DNA from: Octopus sinensis
Lineage: Eukaryota
DNA length: 64,000 bases
Direction of reading: 5' to 3'
Assembly: GCF_006345805.1 (NCBI RefSeq)
Contig: NC_042997.1
Span: 97,774,001 to 97,838,000, forward strand
Shown here: piece after piece, positions 23,582 through 37,030 of the stretch
Layout of the letters: every line of letters starts with the position of its first letter
Position numbering within the stretch: position 1 is the first letter of the stretch
Made by a program: the position numbers and the translations under genes
Notes under the pieces: generated by a model
Seen by the model: only the letters and a program-made list of their open reading frames with translations
Told to the model about the DNA's origin: nothing
Database searches by the model: none

Positions 23582-23712
23582 AAGGTGGTGAGATGGCAAA
23601 ATTGTTGGCCTGCTGGGCAAAATGCTTAACAGTATTTTGTCCTTTGTTTTCTGAGTTCAAATTCCACTAAGAGGTTGATAAAATAAGTACCACTTGAGCA
23701 CTAGGGTCAAAG
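23582..23712 (+). mobile_element. SINE type A, truncated
   Basis: aaggtggtgagatggc head, gagttcaaattcc, ataaataagtaccac. Confidence 0.7.
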
Positions 23713-24439
23713 TACTTTAAAGAATCTATTCATTCTGGGTAAGACCCTAATTTAATCAGACTTTTCCATCTCATCAGGATGTCATCTTAATTTTAAGCTA
23801 ATGAAGCATTTAACATAATCTCTTGCTTATCGTTATGAAATCTACCTCCACATGACAACTGTTCATAGATAACCAGTGTGGGATATTAAAAGTATTCTAT
23901 ACCCCTTGCTAAGAGTACAGAATATTTTGTTAAAATTATTGGGTCCTTTTATCTTTTTGATTGGATAGTAAAGTCCCAGTTTCAGGAAAGAGAGAGATGG
24001 GATGTTTCAGTAATTTAAGGATAAAGATGGTACATGTGTATTGGGATTTGAGACTATGATGCAGGTTTAGCTTCATTGGAGATTGCATCTTGCTCTCTGA
24101 TGCACACTGTTCCTATTTAATATGAATAGAAATATTTATTGTAATGGAATAACAGAAACCCAAGCGTTGAACTGACCTAGAATATTTTCAATACCGTCTT
24201 CAGTTCAAATCTAATTCGAGTCAGCATTACCTTTCATCCCTTCAATTTCAAAAACACAAGTACCAGTCATATACTGAGTAACTTTAACTGATTCATTCAA
24301 TGGGAGAAATCAATTTTAATGAAAATATTAAAAAAAAAATTTTTTTCTTTCTAGTTTTCAAAATGTAGCTACGTTTTTTTTCTAGTTTTGTAATGAAACA
24401 AAAAGTGAATTTCCTAATACTTTTCTGTTTAATTTTTAG

Positions 24440-24629
24440 ATTGCTCTGGTTGATCTTTTGAGTGCCATGGGAATAAAACCTGATGGCATTATTGGCCATT
24501 CTGTAGGAGAACTTGGTTGTGGTTATGCTGATGGATCATTGACTGCTGAAGAAACAATTTTAGCTGCTTATTGGCGAGGCAAATGTATTTTAGATGGTGG
24601 GTTACCTCATGGTAAAATGGCAGCTGTTG
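24440..24629 (+). CDS. FASN: FASN exon 9 (MAT catalytic Ser)
   Basis: IALVDLL...[17 protein letters not shown]...GKMAAV; 190 nt; not in the ORF track in this frame. Confidence 0.96.
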
Positions 24630-25297
24630 GTTAGTATTTTATTTATTTTTGTATTTTATTCTTTTAGATGTAGTGCTGAACTGGATGTTTTGGCTTGTTC
24701 TCATTCTTTTTTTTATCATTATCATCATTTTAACATCACTTTTCCATGCCTGAATGGGTCAGATGGAATTTGTTGAGGCAGATTTTCTAATGCTGGATGC
24801 CCTTCCTGCCAGCTTCCTATTAAATATTAGAACTCTTTCCCATATAAACATTTCAATTTTCTGGGAAATTTTGATCTTTTGATATTATCTCCCCATAATT
24901 TCCACACCATTTTTTTTTTTCTTTCTCAATGGAAGAAAATTTCTGTTCATAAAGAATTTTTCCTTCAGTTCACTTTTCTAATTACACCTCTCATGATTAT
25001 GTATGAAAAATATGTGTATCAGAGTGCAGTATATGGTCCTCGAGCAAGATTACTTGTTTAATTGGAACAATCAATCTGTAGATTCCAACTTTATATTTGG
25101 CATAAATTTTGCTCAACCAAAGCTGACTTTGTTTTAAATGAAAGGAAAAATCCTGATTTTGACAAAAATTTGTATGGTTTTACTGCTCATATTGCTTGTT
25201 TTTTAAAATTTTCTTTATTTTAAAAAATAATCTTGAATGTCATTTCTAATATTGTCTGTTTGTTTCTATTTTTCAATTTTGTCATTCACTTTATAAG

Positions 25298-25527
25298 GTT
25301 TGACTTGGAAAGAAGCAAAGGAAATGTGTCCCGAAGGTGTAGTTCCAGCTTGTCACAATGCTGAGGATTCTGTTACAATTTCTGGTGCTGCTGACTTAAT
25401 TACCAATTTCATTGAAGAACTAAAAGCTAAAGATATCTTTGCAAGAGAGGTGCAGAGCTCATCTGTGGCCTTCCATTCATATTATATGAAGCAAATAGCT
25501 CCTGCATTACAAGCAGCTTTAGACAAA
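25298..25527 (+). CDS. FASN: FASN exon 10 (MAT)
   Basis: GLTWKEAKEMCP...ACHNAEDSVTISG...VAFHSYYM...ALDK; 230 nt. Confidence 0.96.
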
Positions 25528-26822
25528 GTAAGTTGGGTTATGGAGATCATTCATTTTTAATTTGGCCTTAGTGCGCTAGCCAAGTAATTCAGCTTTTACT
25601 AAATTCATTATATCTGCCTTCAAATTCGTTCTCGTTAGCAACTTTGTAAAATTTTACAAGTTAGCCATTTCCAGTTAACATATTGTGCTGTTGAGCAAAT
25701 TAGCTAATTTCTATTTGTCTGTTTCTCTCTTTCAAGAGGGTCTGTTTCTCTTTTCTTCCTCTCTCTCTCCAAGTTTAACTTTTTGTTGAAATTGTCCCAC
25801 TTCCTTTCTCCCTCCCAGTATAAGTCTTTGAATTCAACTAAACTAATAACTACAATATGACAGATTTCCAGTATCATGTGACATGCCTTGAGGTAAAGTT
25901 AAACTGTCCTCCTCAGCTGAACATAATTAGTTGTAAATAGTTAACTTTCACTCGACATACAGATATAGCCCATAAAAAGAATGGTTCTAAGAATGTTTAT
26001 TTGAATTTCAAAACTGTTGTGCTCGCCTCAGAAAATTGAAATTAAAACACACTTAAATTTTTTTTTTTTAATAATTTGGAGGAAGGTTTGTGTTTTTCTT
26101 TTTTATTGGGCCTCCAACACTAATTGCTGGGAAAGATGGGTCGAAACTCTAATAGAGGGTTTACTACTATAGGAAGCAATGCATCATACTAATAACTTGT
26201 CTTCAGACCAGAAAATGAATTCTTGCAACAGTTTGGACTCCTAAAGAAACTCAGGAGCCAAGGGGTTGTGTTCTACTGAATGATGTATTGTGCTACCCAT
26301 GGGTGTTAAACAGAGCAATGAATTAAATTAACCATCCACAAATACATATTAAGTTAAACAATCAACTTAGTTCTAATGAAAATAGTCCTAAATAAGCTAT
26401 GTTTAGATCACTGAAGTGCGAAGCGCTTTTTGACTTTTAATAGTTCTAGTGTTAAATAATTTGGCTTTGAATTTAGAGAATCTTTGTTTTTCATTAACTT
26501 AGGAAATTTCATTAAAAGGCTTTCTTAAAGTTATATTTTTAAATGTTTGATAAAATAAGTTGCTGTTAAAAATTACTGCTGTGCTTACTATCTGAATGAC
26601 TGTTTTATTAAATGGTATTAGAGGATAAGTATTTTATCGGAAAGTTTGAAACTATTAAGATAAATGAATTTTAATTATAAAAAGCAATTTTTGTGTTAAA
26701 TATTCAAGGAACCAAAATGATTTTAGTACTATTTTCTGTTGTTTCTTCACGAACCTCTGGTACTGTCTATAATAATAAACGATTGCTTTTACTTCAGTTT
26801 TTGTTTTTTCTTTCTTTCTTAG

Positions 26823-27124
26823 GTTATTGTTCCCAAGTTACGTACTTCCCGATGGATTAGTACCTCAATTCCAGCTGAAAAGTGGGATACCCAACTTGCA
26901 AAATTCTCTTCGGCCAGCTATCACGTCAACAATCTTTTGAATCCAGTGCTGTTCCAGGAAGCTCTCCAGCATGTTCCTAGCAATGCAATTGTTATTGAAA
27001 TATCACCTCATTGCCTCCTACAGGCAATTCTTAAAAGAACTTTGAACACCAAATGTGTTTTGGTTGGCTTGATGAAAAGGAAGCATGTTAACAACTTGGA
27101 ATTCTTTTATTCAACGCTTGGAAA
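26823..27124 (+). CDS. FASN: FASN exon 11 (MAT end)
   Basis: VIVPKLRTSRWISTS...NNLLNPVLFQEAL...EISPHCLLQAILKR; 302 nt; phase 2. Confidence 0.96.
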
Positions 27125-27694
27125 GTAAGATATTTACAGTTTGTTTCTGTAAGGATTTTTAATTTCCTCAGGAAATTTGTATAAAAAAAAAAAAAAATTT
27201 CTTTTAAGTTATGTTGTTGGATGGGAACTACAAATATATGATCTTGTAATTTAAGAATTTAATAGCAATATGTTAGGTAGGACAGTAATTTATGTGTATT
27301 TTCTAGTGTTAAATCACTTCCATGTTTTTGTGCTGCTTTCTGTTTTCATTTAGTCCATTTCCCCAAATGGTTTTCAGGGTCATAAAACCATCATCCTTTG
27401 TTTCATGTTGGCATGGGTTGGATGGTTCCTAACGCTAACCACTTCACAATGTACTGGGTACTTTTTCATGACCTCAACACTGGTGAGGTTACCAAGTACT
27501 TGCAAGACAAGACCCTCTCAACTGAGCGAAGTATAGTATTGATACAAAAGTGATAGAGGGACAGGAGCACGTATCATACTGAAGAGGTGAATACATGGTT
27601 TTTTCCATTTGGAAAGAGGAAAAGATGTGCTCAAGGTACAAGATGAACATGAGTGAGAATAAGAATATATATGTGTGTTTGTGAATCTATTGAC

Positions 27695-28440
27695 TTCACC
27701 CCATATGTAATTAGTCCTGTAGATTGAGGTCTGGTGAACAAGAAGGCCATGCCTGGGAGAACATGATCATGGAAATTGGCATGCATCTACACTTGGGTTG
27801 TCCTAGGCTTATGGAATGGTTATTGGAAGAAATACAGTCTTCTGTTATATGCCTTGTCTATCCAGGTCCTCACAATTTTCTCCAACACTTCTGTAGATAG
27901 TGGCATTGACTCTTAAGCCCTATGGAAGAAAGTGAAGAGCATGACATCTCCCTCATTGTTGATGACTCCCAGAACCATCACAGTTGCTAGGAACTTTGTA
28001 TGCATGAATGTTGGAACCTCATTCAGGTCTGCATAACCATTTGTTGTTTCTTCGGTTTACCTTCCTTTTGGTGCTGATTGGTGTTTTCCTCGTTGGAGAA
28101 AAACCAACCAAAGCATTTCAAGTTCTTGGTGTTTTAACTTGGTTAGCAAGTGCTTTGCATGGCTTGAATGATTTTCTTGTCACATCCAATGTAAACTGAC
28201 CCCTACCCCACATCAAATTTGACTAGTCTTAGATGTACTCATGTGCTACTCTTATGATGCATTCTGAAACCTTGAGGTCCTTTGCAATAATTCTGATTTG
28301 ACTTTCTGGAGTCTTTATTTTTATTATTTCTTTGGACTTTTTGTACAAGGTTGTATGTCTGATTATATTAGGACCTTTTGTGTTTAGCTACTGCTCCAGC
28401 CTCCATCAGGTTTTCTGGTGGAGTTTCAAACCCAACCTTT
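27695..28440 (-). pseudogene. Fossil Tc1/mariner (maT/DD37D-like) transposase
   Basis: Minus-strand translation across frameshifts: IRIIAKDLKVSE, RGQF, LLTKLKH..EMLW..FSNEEN, KVNRRNNKWLC, VPTFMHTKFLATVMVLGVINNEGDVM, LRVNA, WPSCSPDLN..D..WG. Confidence 0.8.
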
Positions 28441-28947
28441 TGACTAAAAAAATATAGAATAGTATTGTATTATTCTGTTTGTATTCATGTTTCAGGGGTG
28501 CCTTACTTTCAATATTTTCCCATTATGTGCCTGTTTGGCTGTATTAAATTACAGACAAGCACAAGCACACAAACAGGCACAGTTTTATTAGTATATAGAT
28601 TGAAGTCAATTGAACAATCCAATAGATTTAGATCTAAGTAGCATAAAAATAAATGCAAAAGAGAAAAAATTCTCCAAGAATTTGCTGCTAATAGAATTCT
28701 GAAGCCTTAATTATTTTTTTTTTTTTATAAGATGTTGAAGAGGAGTTTTACTTGAATCTCAAATTGAGTTTGTTATACTTGGGATGGTCATATTTTGCTA
28801 ATTAAAAACACACACGCACACACGGTCTTCTCTTCAGCTTTATTATTCTAGTTTCTTTCTCAGAGTACTTTTGTCACACCTCCTGTGACCTCTTGAGCGA
28901 CTCTCTATCCCATGTGTCTTACTCAAACTGTTTATTTTTCTTTTTAG

Positions 28948-29333
28948 ATGCTTCATGGCAGGGATGAACTTTAACCCACTGAAAGTATATTCACCAGTCT
29001 CCTATCCAGTGTCAAGAGGGACAGGCATGCTTAATTCCATTTTCAAATGGGACCATAGTGAAACATGGGCTGTCCCTACCAATGAACAGTTTCTAACTTC
29101 TGGTTCTGGTAAAGAAAACTGCTGTGTGATAGAATGTGATATATCTTCTGAAGAGGCTAAAGATTATTACCTTGTTGGTCACATAATTGATGGAAGAGTG
29201 CTATTTCCGGCTACAGGTTATCTGGTGTTGGCTTGGAGAGCCTTTGCAAAAATGTTAGCTGCTTTTTATGAGCAACTTCCTGTCCAGTTTGATAATATTA
29301 CCATCCACCGTGCTACTATTTTACCTAATGCAG
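28948..29333 (+). CDS. FASN: FASN exon 12 (linker, DH catalytic His)
   Basis: KWDHSETW...YLVGHIIDGRVLFPATGYL; 386 nt. Confidence 0.96.
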
Positions 29334-29428
29334 GTAAATTCATTTTTTACTTTTTAAAACTTTCTATTCATGAATGCTGAATATTTTTCCAAGTTATATT
29401 TTTAGAATTGTTACAAGTAACACTTTAT

Positions 29429-29624
29429 CCATTTAGCATTTAAACTGGCCATATGCAGCCCAAACATGTTTTATGTTGAAACTTGCCAGAGCTGGCCTCT
29501 TGGACCTAGCCTTTAATTTTATTCTAAAATGTAATTGCATCATCTTGAACCTACAAGGTAATGTATGATTAGTTCAAAACGGTGAATAAGAATCACATTC
29601 AACAGTAGTCTCAATTCTAAAGGG
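29429..29624. mobile_element. MITE family M2
   Basis: ccatttagcatttaaac...attctaaaggg|ttaa. Confidence 0.7.
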
Positions 29625-30851
29625 TTAAACATCAGAATGTCCTTTTCTCACTAGTTTTAGCATGCGAAACCTATTAAATTCAGCTTCAATATTTTGTATA
29701 AATCTAACAAGTTGTGTTAGTGCTACAAGATTAATGATACTCTCCAGAATTAAGCTGAAGATTGCTATTAGCAAGAAATTTGGGTTTTTAATTAAATAAT
29801 GTTAAATTCCTCAGTTTGTTTGTTCATTCTGCAGCTATTTTTCCATACTAACATAGTTTGAATGAATCCTATTGACTGAAGTGTTTATTTTATAGCTGGA
29901 TATGTCCTTCTTGTCATTAACTTTTACCTGTTTTTCAAGTTGAGGATTTGTTTGTATTTTGCTTGTTTTCAAAAGAATAGAGCTACAGGACAATTTAATG
30001 GAATGTCAACATAATGTCACCAATTTTACTCAACTGGTATTCATACTGGCACATAATGTAAACATTTAAGTGCATGAGCATGTGTACACATGGCTTCCAT
30101 AGTTTGTCTACCAATTTCACTTACAAAACATCAGTTGGCTTGAAGTTACAGTAAAAGTTTTTTGGCCAAAGTACCATGCAGTGAATTAAACTTAAAATAA
30201 CAGGATTTTGGAGTAAATGCCATATCAATATACCCCATTTCTAACTATTAAATGTTACTGCTTCTGATTGCATGCCATTTGAAGCTAGTGTAGATGAAGA
30301 AAATGTCTGAAAATATAGAAATGTATGCATCATAATATAATTGATAGCTGAAAGATACCAAAATAGCTAAAAAGTTGAAGTATTATTTTATTGCTTTTAC
30401 ATAAATGCAATGAAAGTTAAATGTCTAGCGTGGAATTTTTTTGATAACTTATGAAATGATCCGATTATCTAGCAATTAACTCATTTAACCCTCTAACTGT
30501 GAAATTAAATTTCAGTCATTCCAATAATGATGTTAAGTATCTTCCAAAAATTGGAATTGATATTTACCTCAAATTTGACATATCTCAACAAAAAATGGTT
30601 TCAAACATGACATTCCTCAACAAATGATAGATCGTATATAAAACTACCTTCTGCAGTTAAGGGTGGTGAAATTTTGAACGGATATATCTACTTCCTGCAG
30701 TAGAAAAGTTATACATATAAGTCTGTAATCCTATTATACAGGGTCACAAAGAGTAATACTTTATTTTATAACTATACTTTTTTAAAAGAATAGTTTGAAG
30801 AATATTACTTATGTGTTTTATCAAAACTTTTTTTTCAATCTTTTTTATTAG

Positions 30852-31103
30852 GCAAGCTGAAGTTTGAAGTGAGCATCATGCAAATAACTGGTGAATTTGA
30901 AATTGTTGAAAATGGCAATCTTGTTGCTAGTGGCAGAATAAGAGCTGTTCAAGACCTTCGCTCTGACATAGCAAATAATATTAATACTGACTTACTTGAT
31001 GTTTCTGAAGACCTTAACAAACTAGAAGTTTACAGAGTACTACACCTTCGAGGATATGACTATGGACCTACATTCCAAGGAATTCTTAAAACAAACAGTT
31101 TTG
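30852..31103 (+). CDS. FASN: FASN exon 13 (DH)
   Basis: GKLKFEVSIM...FEIVENGNLVASG...LRGYDYGPTFQGI; 252 nt. Confidence 0.95.
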
Positions 31104-31163
31104 GTATGGTGAAATTATTTTTGTAACAGTTTTAAATGATTTCAGCTTACATATATCCTTTAA

Positions 31164-31374
31164 CTCTTTTGATACAAACCTGTCCAAGACAGCCCTTGGT
31201 TCTGTAACATAAACTTCCCATTTTGAAGTGATCTAAAGTAAAACCCATTAAAATTCCATGTTAATTTATGTTCCAAACACCAGCTTAATAACAATTATTT
31301 TACTAAATTCTCCATTTATTTTCAAAATTGAAACAAAGGCTGTGTGTTTTGTCAGAAATAGAGCAACAAAAGAG
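31164..31374. mobile_element. MITE family M1
   Basis: ttaa|ctcttttgatac...gcaacaaaagag|ttaa. Confidence 0.75.
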
Positions 31375-32217
31375 TTAAGTTTCTTAATTTTCATTTATTA
31401 AAAGCCATAGTCTGTGTCTTTCTAGTATTGTCAAACTCTTAGATAACCACTCAATAAGTTAAGAGCAATCCATAATCACATCCTGGAATGCTTCGTTGCA
31501 ATTTTGGTGTGAAACAGAACTGTAAAGTTCACTCCAGCTAAGGTGCTCCTAAAAAGTTATTTGAACTGAAGGCTGTAAAACAAATTTTTTCTGAATTTCC
31601 TACAGTTTTTAAAATAATATTCACATATTTATAAAGGCAAATTTTATTTAAAAACAATGGATCTAGGTGAACTCAGCTGTTAAGACTTACTACAGATGCA
31701 GTGTTGAGGACTGGATACTATCAACCTCTTGATTGTTCAGTGTTTTATCAATTTGGTTATCCGCAGCGGTGTTCAATTTAACATTCTTGGGAAAGTTATG
31801 TGGTCTTGTGACTGTGTAAGAAATCATTACCTAAAATTTTTGTAGTAGATATGTTGTGGCAGCATGTTCTTAATGGACATAAATATGGCATGGCCTTTAC
31901 ATGGAGTTTCTCCAATACTACAAAGTTTGTGCTGTCATAAACACATAAACAATAATCATTTCAACAGCAATAAAGATAACTTACCTAAGTGTAAAGATTA
32001 GACTAATGATTTTTTTGCCAGGTTCTATATCTAATAAAAATATTAACTGTTTTGATTTAATCTGATGTATGATTGTGGATAAATTTCATTTTATTCAGCC
32101 TAAAGTGGATTAAAACATGTAGGCCCTCTTGGATTATTTTTCATAATTTGAATCAACACGCATATACATGTGTGTATGTAGAATTTAATGTCTCTTTTTT
32201 TTCATATTATATTGTAG

Positions 32218-32397
32218 GAAATCAAGGTGTTTTATGTTGGAACAAGAACTGGGTAACTTTCTTGGATACCATGCTTCAGATGTCTGTATTAAGACTGCCT
32301 GGAAAAGGACTAAGACTGCCCACTAGGATCAAATCTGTTTACATAGATCCAACTTGTCATGATGACTGTTGCAGAGAGGTGAATGATGAAACAAAAG
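32218..32397 (+). CDS. FASN: FASN exon 14 (DH catalytic Asp)
   Basis: GVLCWNKNWVTFLDTMLQ...LRLPTRI; 180 nt. Confidence 0.95.
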
Positions 32398-33008
32398 GTT
32401 GGTATTTTGATCATTTTTATTTTATTTCTATAGCTTTATAAAAAGTAATTTTTTTCTGATGTAAACTTTAAGGTATTTCCATTTTTGTTGTTGCTCTTTT
32501 CAAGCAGATGTTTGGTGGTGATATAGCTATTAGAATATTTGTGTGGGGCATACGTGTTCACTATGTCATATGTTGTCATTCTTTAGTTCAGTCTGAGACA
32601 TACTGTTCACTTCATATAATGTGGACAAATTCTTATTTTTAACCCACTTTCAGTTGTAGATAGAAATGAACTGAGGCCATTTAGGATTTTGCTTGCACAA
32701 CTTGGAAGCATTTTATACTTGTTGCTTATTGTATCATCAACCTCTTCAGCTGTGAAGTGGCAAGAAAATTGAATGCATTGATATCTTTAATGCATCAATA
32801 TCTAGTAAAAAAAAAAATGAATTTTACCTTTTCTGATAGGTGCTTACTGAGATAATGTTCTATATTTTCTGTTTCTGAAGTTGAAGGAATTATTGCTTCA
32901 GTAAACGGTTTCCACTTTTGTCTAGAAATTCCAAAGTTATTAGATTAATTTCTCTCTCTTGGTCTTGCCTCCTGAATTATTCAATTTTGTTTTTGTTTTG
33001 TTTTCCAG

Positions 33009-34227
33009 GCATCAAAGTTACTATTAATTCTGACATTGATACCTGCACTGCTGGTGGTGTAGAGATACTTGGTTTACATGCCACTGTGGCTCCACGACGG
33101 CAAATGCAATCTTCACCAATTCTGGAAACACACACTTTTGTGCCAAATATTATGGACTTGTCAAAAGTTGACAAACAAATGGATTCATATACAAAAATCT
33201 GTTCAAATCTATGTCAATCAATTTTGAAACGTATTCTTACGAGCACTAATGTACCCAACAGAAGTTTCTTGGAAACACAATTAAAAGATTTTAATGACTC
33301 TGTTCCAGATGTTGAATCAACTGACTTTTTAAAATCCCCACATAGTGGTCTGCTTCAGATGCTCATGAAAGTTCCAAACTCTTCATCACTCAAGTCTGAT
33401 AATTTAGAACATCTTTTAAGTTCTTTTGAATCTGAATTATCTGCTGACCAACTGTTAACTTATGTCTATAATCAAGGTGCATTGAAGAGCTGTTTAGACA
33501 CTGTACTTGAGAATCTGTTCAAGAACAAAATCAAAGTTGTTGAAATTGATGCTACACAGAAAAATTTCAGTCAAAGAATTATTTCTTCTTTTCAGTCTCA
33601 TCCCATAGTGACAACTGATTACATTAGAACGGTTTCTGAAGGTGAAATGGACGTAGATAGTGAAGTTACTGGCATTCCCATTTTGCGATGGGATCCTGCA
33701 AACCCATCTTCAGATATTTTGTCCAATGCTGATTTAGTTATCGCTAGTAATGTTCTACACAAATACAAGGATATCAATCAGGTCATGGCGAACATCTGTC
33801 ATGTTCTGAACAGTGGTAAATTTTTGCTTTTGGAAGAAGCTACACAATATTCTGAAATCTTCACATGTCTTGAAATGCTTTCAAAAGATTATTCTTCAGT
33901 TACTAGCTCTAGACCAAACTTTTTCCTTACTAATGAAGACCTGAAAGAATGTATTAAAAATGCTGAACTGGAAATAGTGTGCCATTTTACTGGACCAATC
34001 TCAGATATGTATTTACTACGGAAAAAAGTAAAACCATTGGTTTGTCAAAAACTAGTCATTGATGACCTTGAAGGAAGTTGGTTTAATGATTTGAAGAACT
34101 TATTTCTGAAGTGTTCCACTGAGGATAGTTTTGATCGTCTTTGGCTTGTATCATCATCTACACCATTAAATGGTATATTAGGCCTTGTGAATTGTCTTGT
34201 AAAAGAGGACAGTAGCAATAAAATCAG
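33009..34227 (+). CDS. FASN: FASN exon 15 (pseudo-methyltransferase / pseudo-KR region)
   Basis: Uninterrupted 1219-nt frame: AGGVEILGLHATVAPRR...LKSCLDTVLEN...GILGLVNCLVKE..KIR; phase 1 to 2. Confidence 0.95.
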
Positions 34228-34428
34228 GTCAGTACATATTTTGTTGCATTCTTCTCTCTTTGAATTGTTTTTTTTTTTAGTATTTTAATGTCATCTCTGG
34301 TATGTATTTTCCAGTGATGTAAACTGAAATTAGATCTGAAAGTATTAAGAAATTTACCTATAGTTGATAAAATCTGGAAGTTGTACTACAAGTGGTGTGT
34401 GTTTACACACACACACACATACATACAT

Positions 34429-34610
34429 GAGGGGGTGTTGAAAAATTTCTGACTTCAGGTAAAAGAAAATTCAGGAGGATCAGTTAATTATGATTTTATT
34501 CAAAATGTTCCCCTCTCAGACTCGCACGCTTATTGCAGCGGTCATTCAGTTTATCTAATGTCTGTAAAAGAACTCGGAAGGTTGGGCCTCCCTCCAACCA
34601 GACCTTTCAC
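34429..34610. mobile_element. Mariner-type MITE
   Basis: gagggggtgttgaaaaatttctgactt terminus; interior is the reverse complement of the copy at 54186. Confidence 0.65.
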
Positions 34611-35610
34611 AAAATTTTCTATACTTTTCTATTGATATTGTGATTTGTTGCATTTTGTCAACCTAAACTCTGGAATGTATTGAATATTTATTATACAAGT
34701 GACATATTAAGTTTCTCTAACTCCTTTCATGGATGCTGTGTTCAATTGTTTTTCAATAGTGCCTTTGGAATTTAGGTGCTGTAGTGAAACTTATTTTTGG
34801 TAAATTTATTTTTTTGACTTTCCCTTTCTATAAACTAATTTGTATGTTGAACTGCTGCTGTAGTAAAGTCAGTGAACTGAATTTTAATTTAATGTATTTA
34901 CTGCTGAAGAGTAGGAGCTTACTCTGTGTGTCATTGCCATTTCCTTTTTGTTCTGAATAATCTATAGAAAGCTTAAGTATGGCATTCAAAGATGAGATTT
35001 GCTTGTTCAGTTCATACCTGCGGAATATAAAGTCTCCCTCTCTCCTTCGATTTTTTGTTTGTTTTGTACAGCCATAATCAAATGTGCTATTATCAAAGTA
35101 GTTTTTGTATATGTATTCTGTAAAATATTAGCTAAATATTAGCAGTACTTGTGCAAGCACAATCTTTATTTTGGAATCTGTAAGATGGTTAAAGTTTATA
35201 GAGAAGATTAAATTATTTTATTTAGTTTTTTGATTTGTGTGTTCAGAAACCTTTGATTCTTGATAGGGTATAAAAATTCACGTAGGTAGTATTGAATGTC
35301 TTAAGAGAGAACATCTCTGAAAACTATAGTCTGTGGTTATACCCTTGTCAAATCCCCTACTTTGAGAGTTATTTTTCATTTTATGCTAAGAAGTTAATCT
35401 TAACTATGGAATGAAATTGAATATATAATCTGTATGTAATATTATTTTACTTTATGATTATATTTGTAAAACTTTAATGAACATTAGTACATTGTGTTAC
35501 ATCCTTATTTTCATATCAGAGAACTGTTTCTTTAGCTATAAACTTGAACCCACAATCCCAGTGAATGAAACTAGTAACTATCCCATTGAGCTGTGGAAGG
35601 TAATAAAACA

Positions 35611-36240
35611 TTGTATGATGCCTATGTATGTACAGCTGTGTTACTTGGCAGTGAAACATGGGCTTTGCCTACAGAAGATTTGTAAAGGCTTGAAAGAAAT
35701 GGAGCTAGCATGCTCCACTGGATGGGTAATGCCAATGTGCATGCACAACAGTTTGTAAATGATATAAGAGGCACCATATGCATCACATGACTGCTGGTTT
35801 GGTCATGTGATGCATATGGATGAGGGCAGCTGTGTAAAGAAGTGCCAATCTTTAATTGTGGAGAGTAGACCCAGGAAGATATGGGATGAAGTGGTGAGAA
35901 AGGATCTTCAGATGCTGGGCCTGAATGAGGAAATGACAAGGGGCCAGGAGATGTGGCGATTTGCTGTACTTGATGTGTCAAGCTATGTAAAATTGCTGTC
36001 TTCCACACATACAAGCTTGTTCTTTCAGGTGCCAGCATTGCATAAACCTACCTGTGCTGGTGATACATAAAAAAACACCCAGCACACTCTAAGTGGTTGG
36101 CATTAGGAAGGGCATCCAGCTGTAGAAACCATTCCACAACACAGTGGGAGTCTGGACAGCTCCCTGCTAGCCACCTCCATGTCAAACTGTCCAACCTTTG
36201 CCAGCATGGAAGGCAGACATTAAATTGTGGTGGTGATGAT
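35611..36240 (+). mobile_element. 5'-truncated RTE LINE (ORF C-terminus plus shortened 3' UTR)
   Basis: LYDAYVCTAVLLGSETW..RLERN..WFGHVMHMDEGSCVKKC..SRPRKIWDEVVRKDL..LGL, then ttaggaagggcatccagc...(GAT)n tail. Confidence 0.85.
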
Positions 36241-37030
36241 ATAGATATATATATATAGATAGATATAGATATATATAGATATATATAGATAGATATAGAT
36301 AGATATAGATATATATAGATATATATATATATAGATAGATAGATATAGATAGATAGATATAGATATATATAGATAGATATATATAGATATATATAGATAG
36401 ATATAGATATATATAGATAGATATAGATATATATAGATATATAGATATAGATATATATAGATAGATATAGATATATATAGATATATATAGATAGATATAG
36501 ATATATATAGATAGATATAGATATATATAGATATAGATATATATAGATAGATATAGATATATATAGATAGATATAGATATATATAGATAGATATAGATAT
36601 ATATAGATAGATATAGATAGATATAGATATAGATATAGATAGATATAGATATATATAGATAGATATAGATAGATATAGATAGATATAGATAGATATAGAT
36701 ATATAGATATATAGATAGATATAGATAGATATAGATATATAGATAGATATAGATATATAGATAGATATAGATATATAGATAGATATAGATATATAGATGG
36801 ATATATAGATATAGATGGATATATAGATATAGATGGATATATAGATATAGATGGATATATAGATATAGATGGATATATAGATATAGATGGATATATAGAT
36901 ATAGATGGATATATAGATATAGATGGATATATAGATATAGATATAGATATAGATATAGATAGATATATAGATAGATATATAGATAGATATATAGATATAG
37001 ATAGATAGATAGATATATAGATAGATATAG
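36240..37030. repeat. ~790-bp C-free (GATA)/(TA) compound satellite containing an 8 x 18-bp block
   Basis: Direct reading; GG dinucleotide recurs every 18 bp from 36799 to 36926. Confidence 0.97.
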
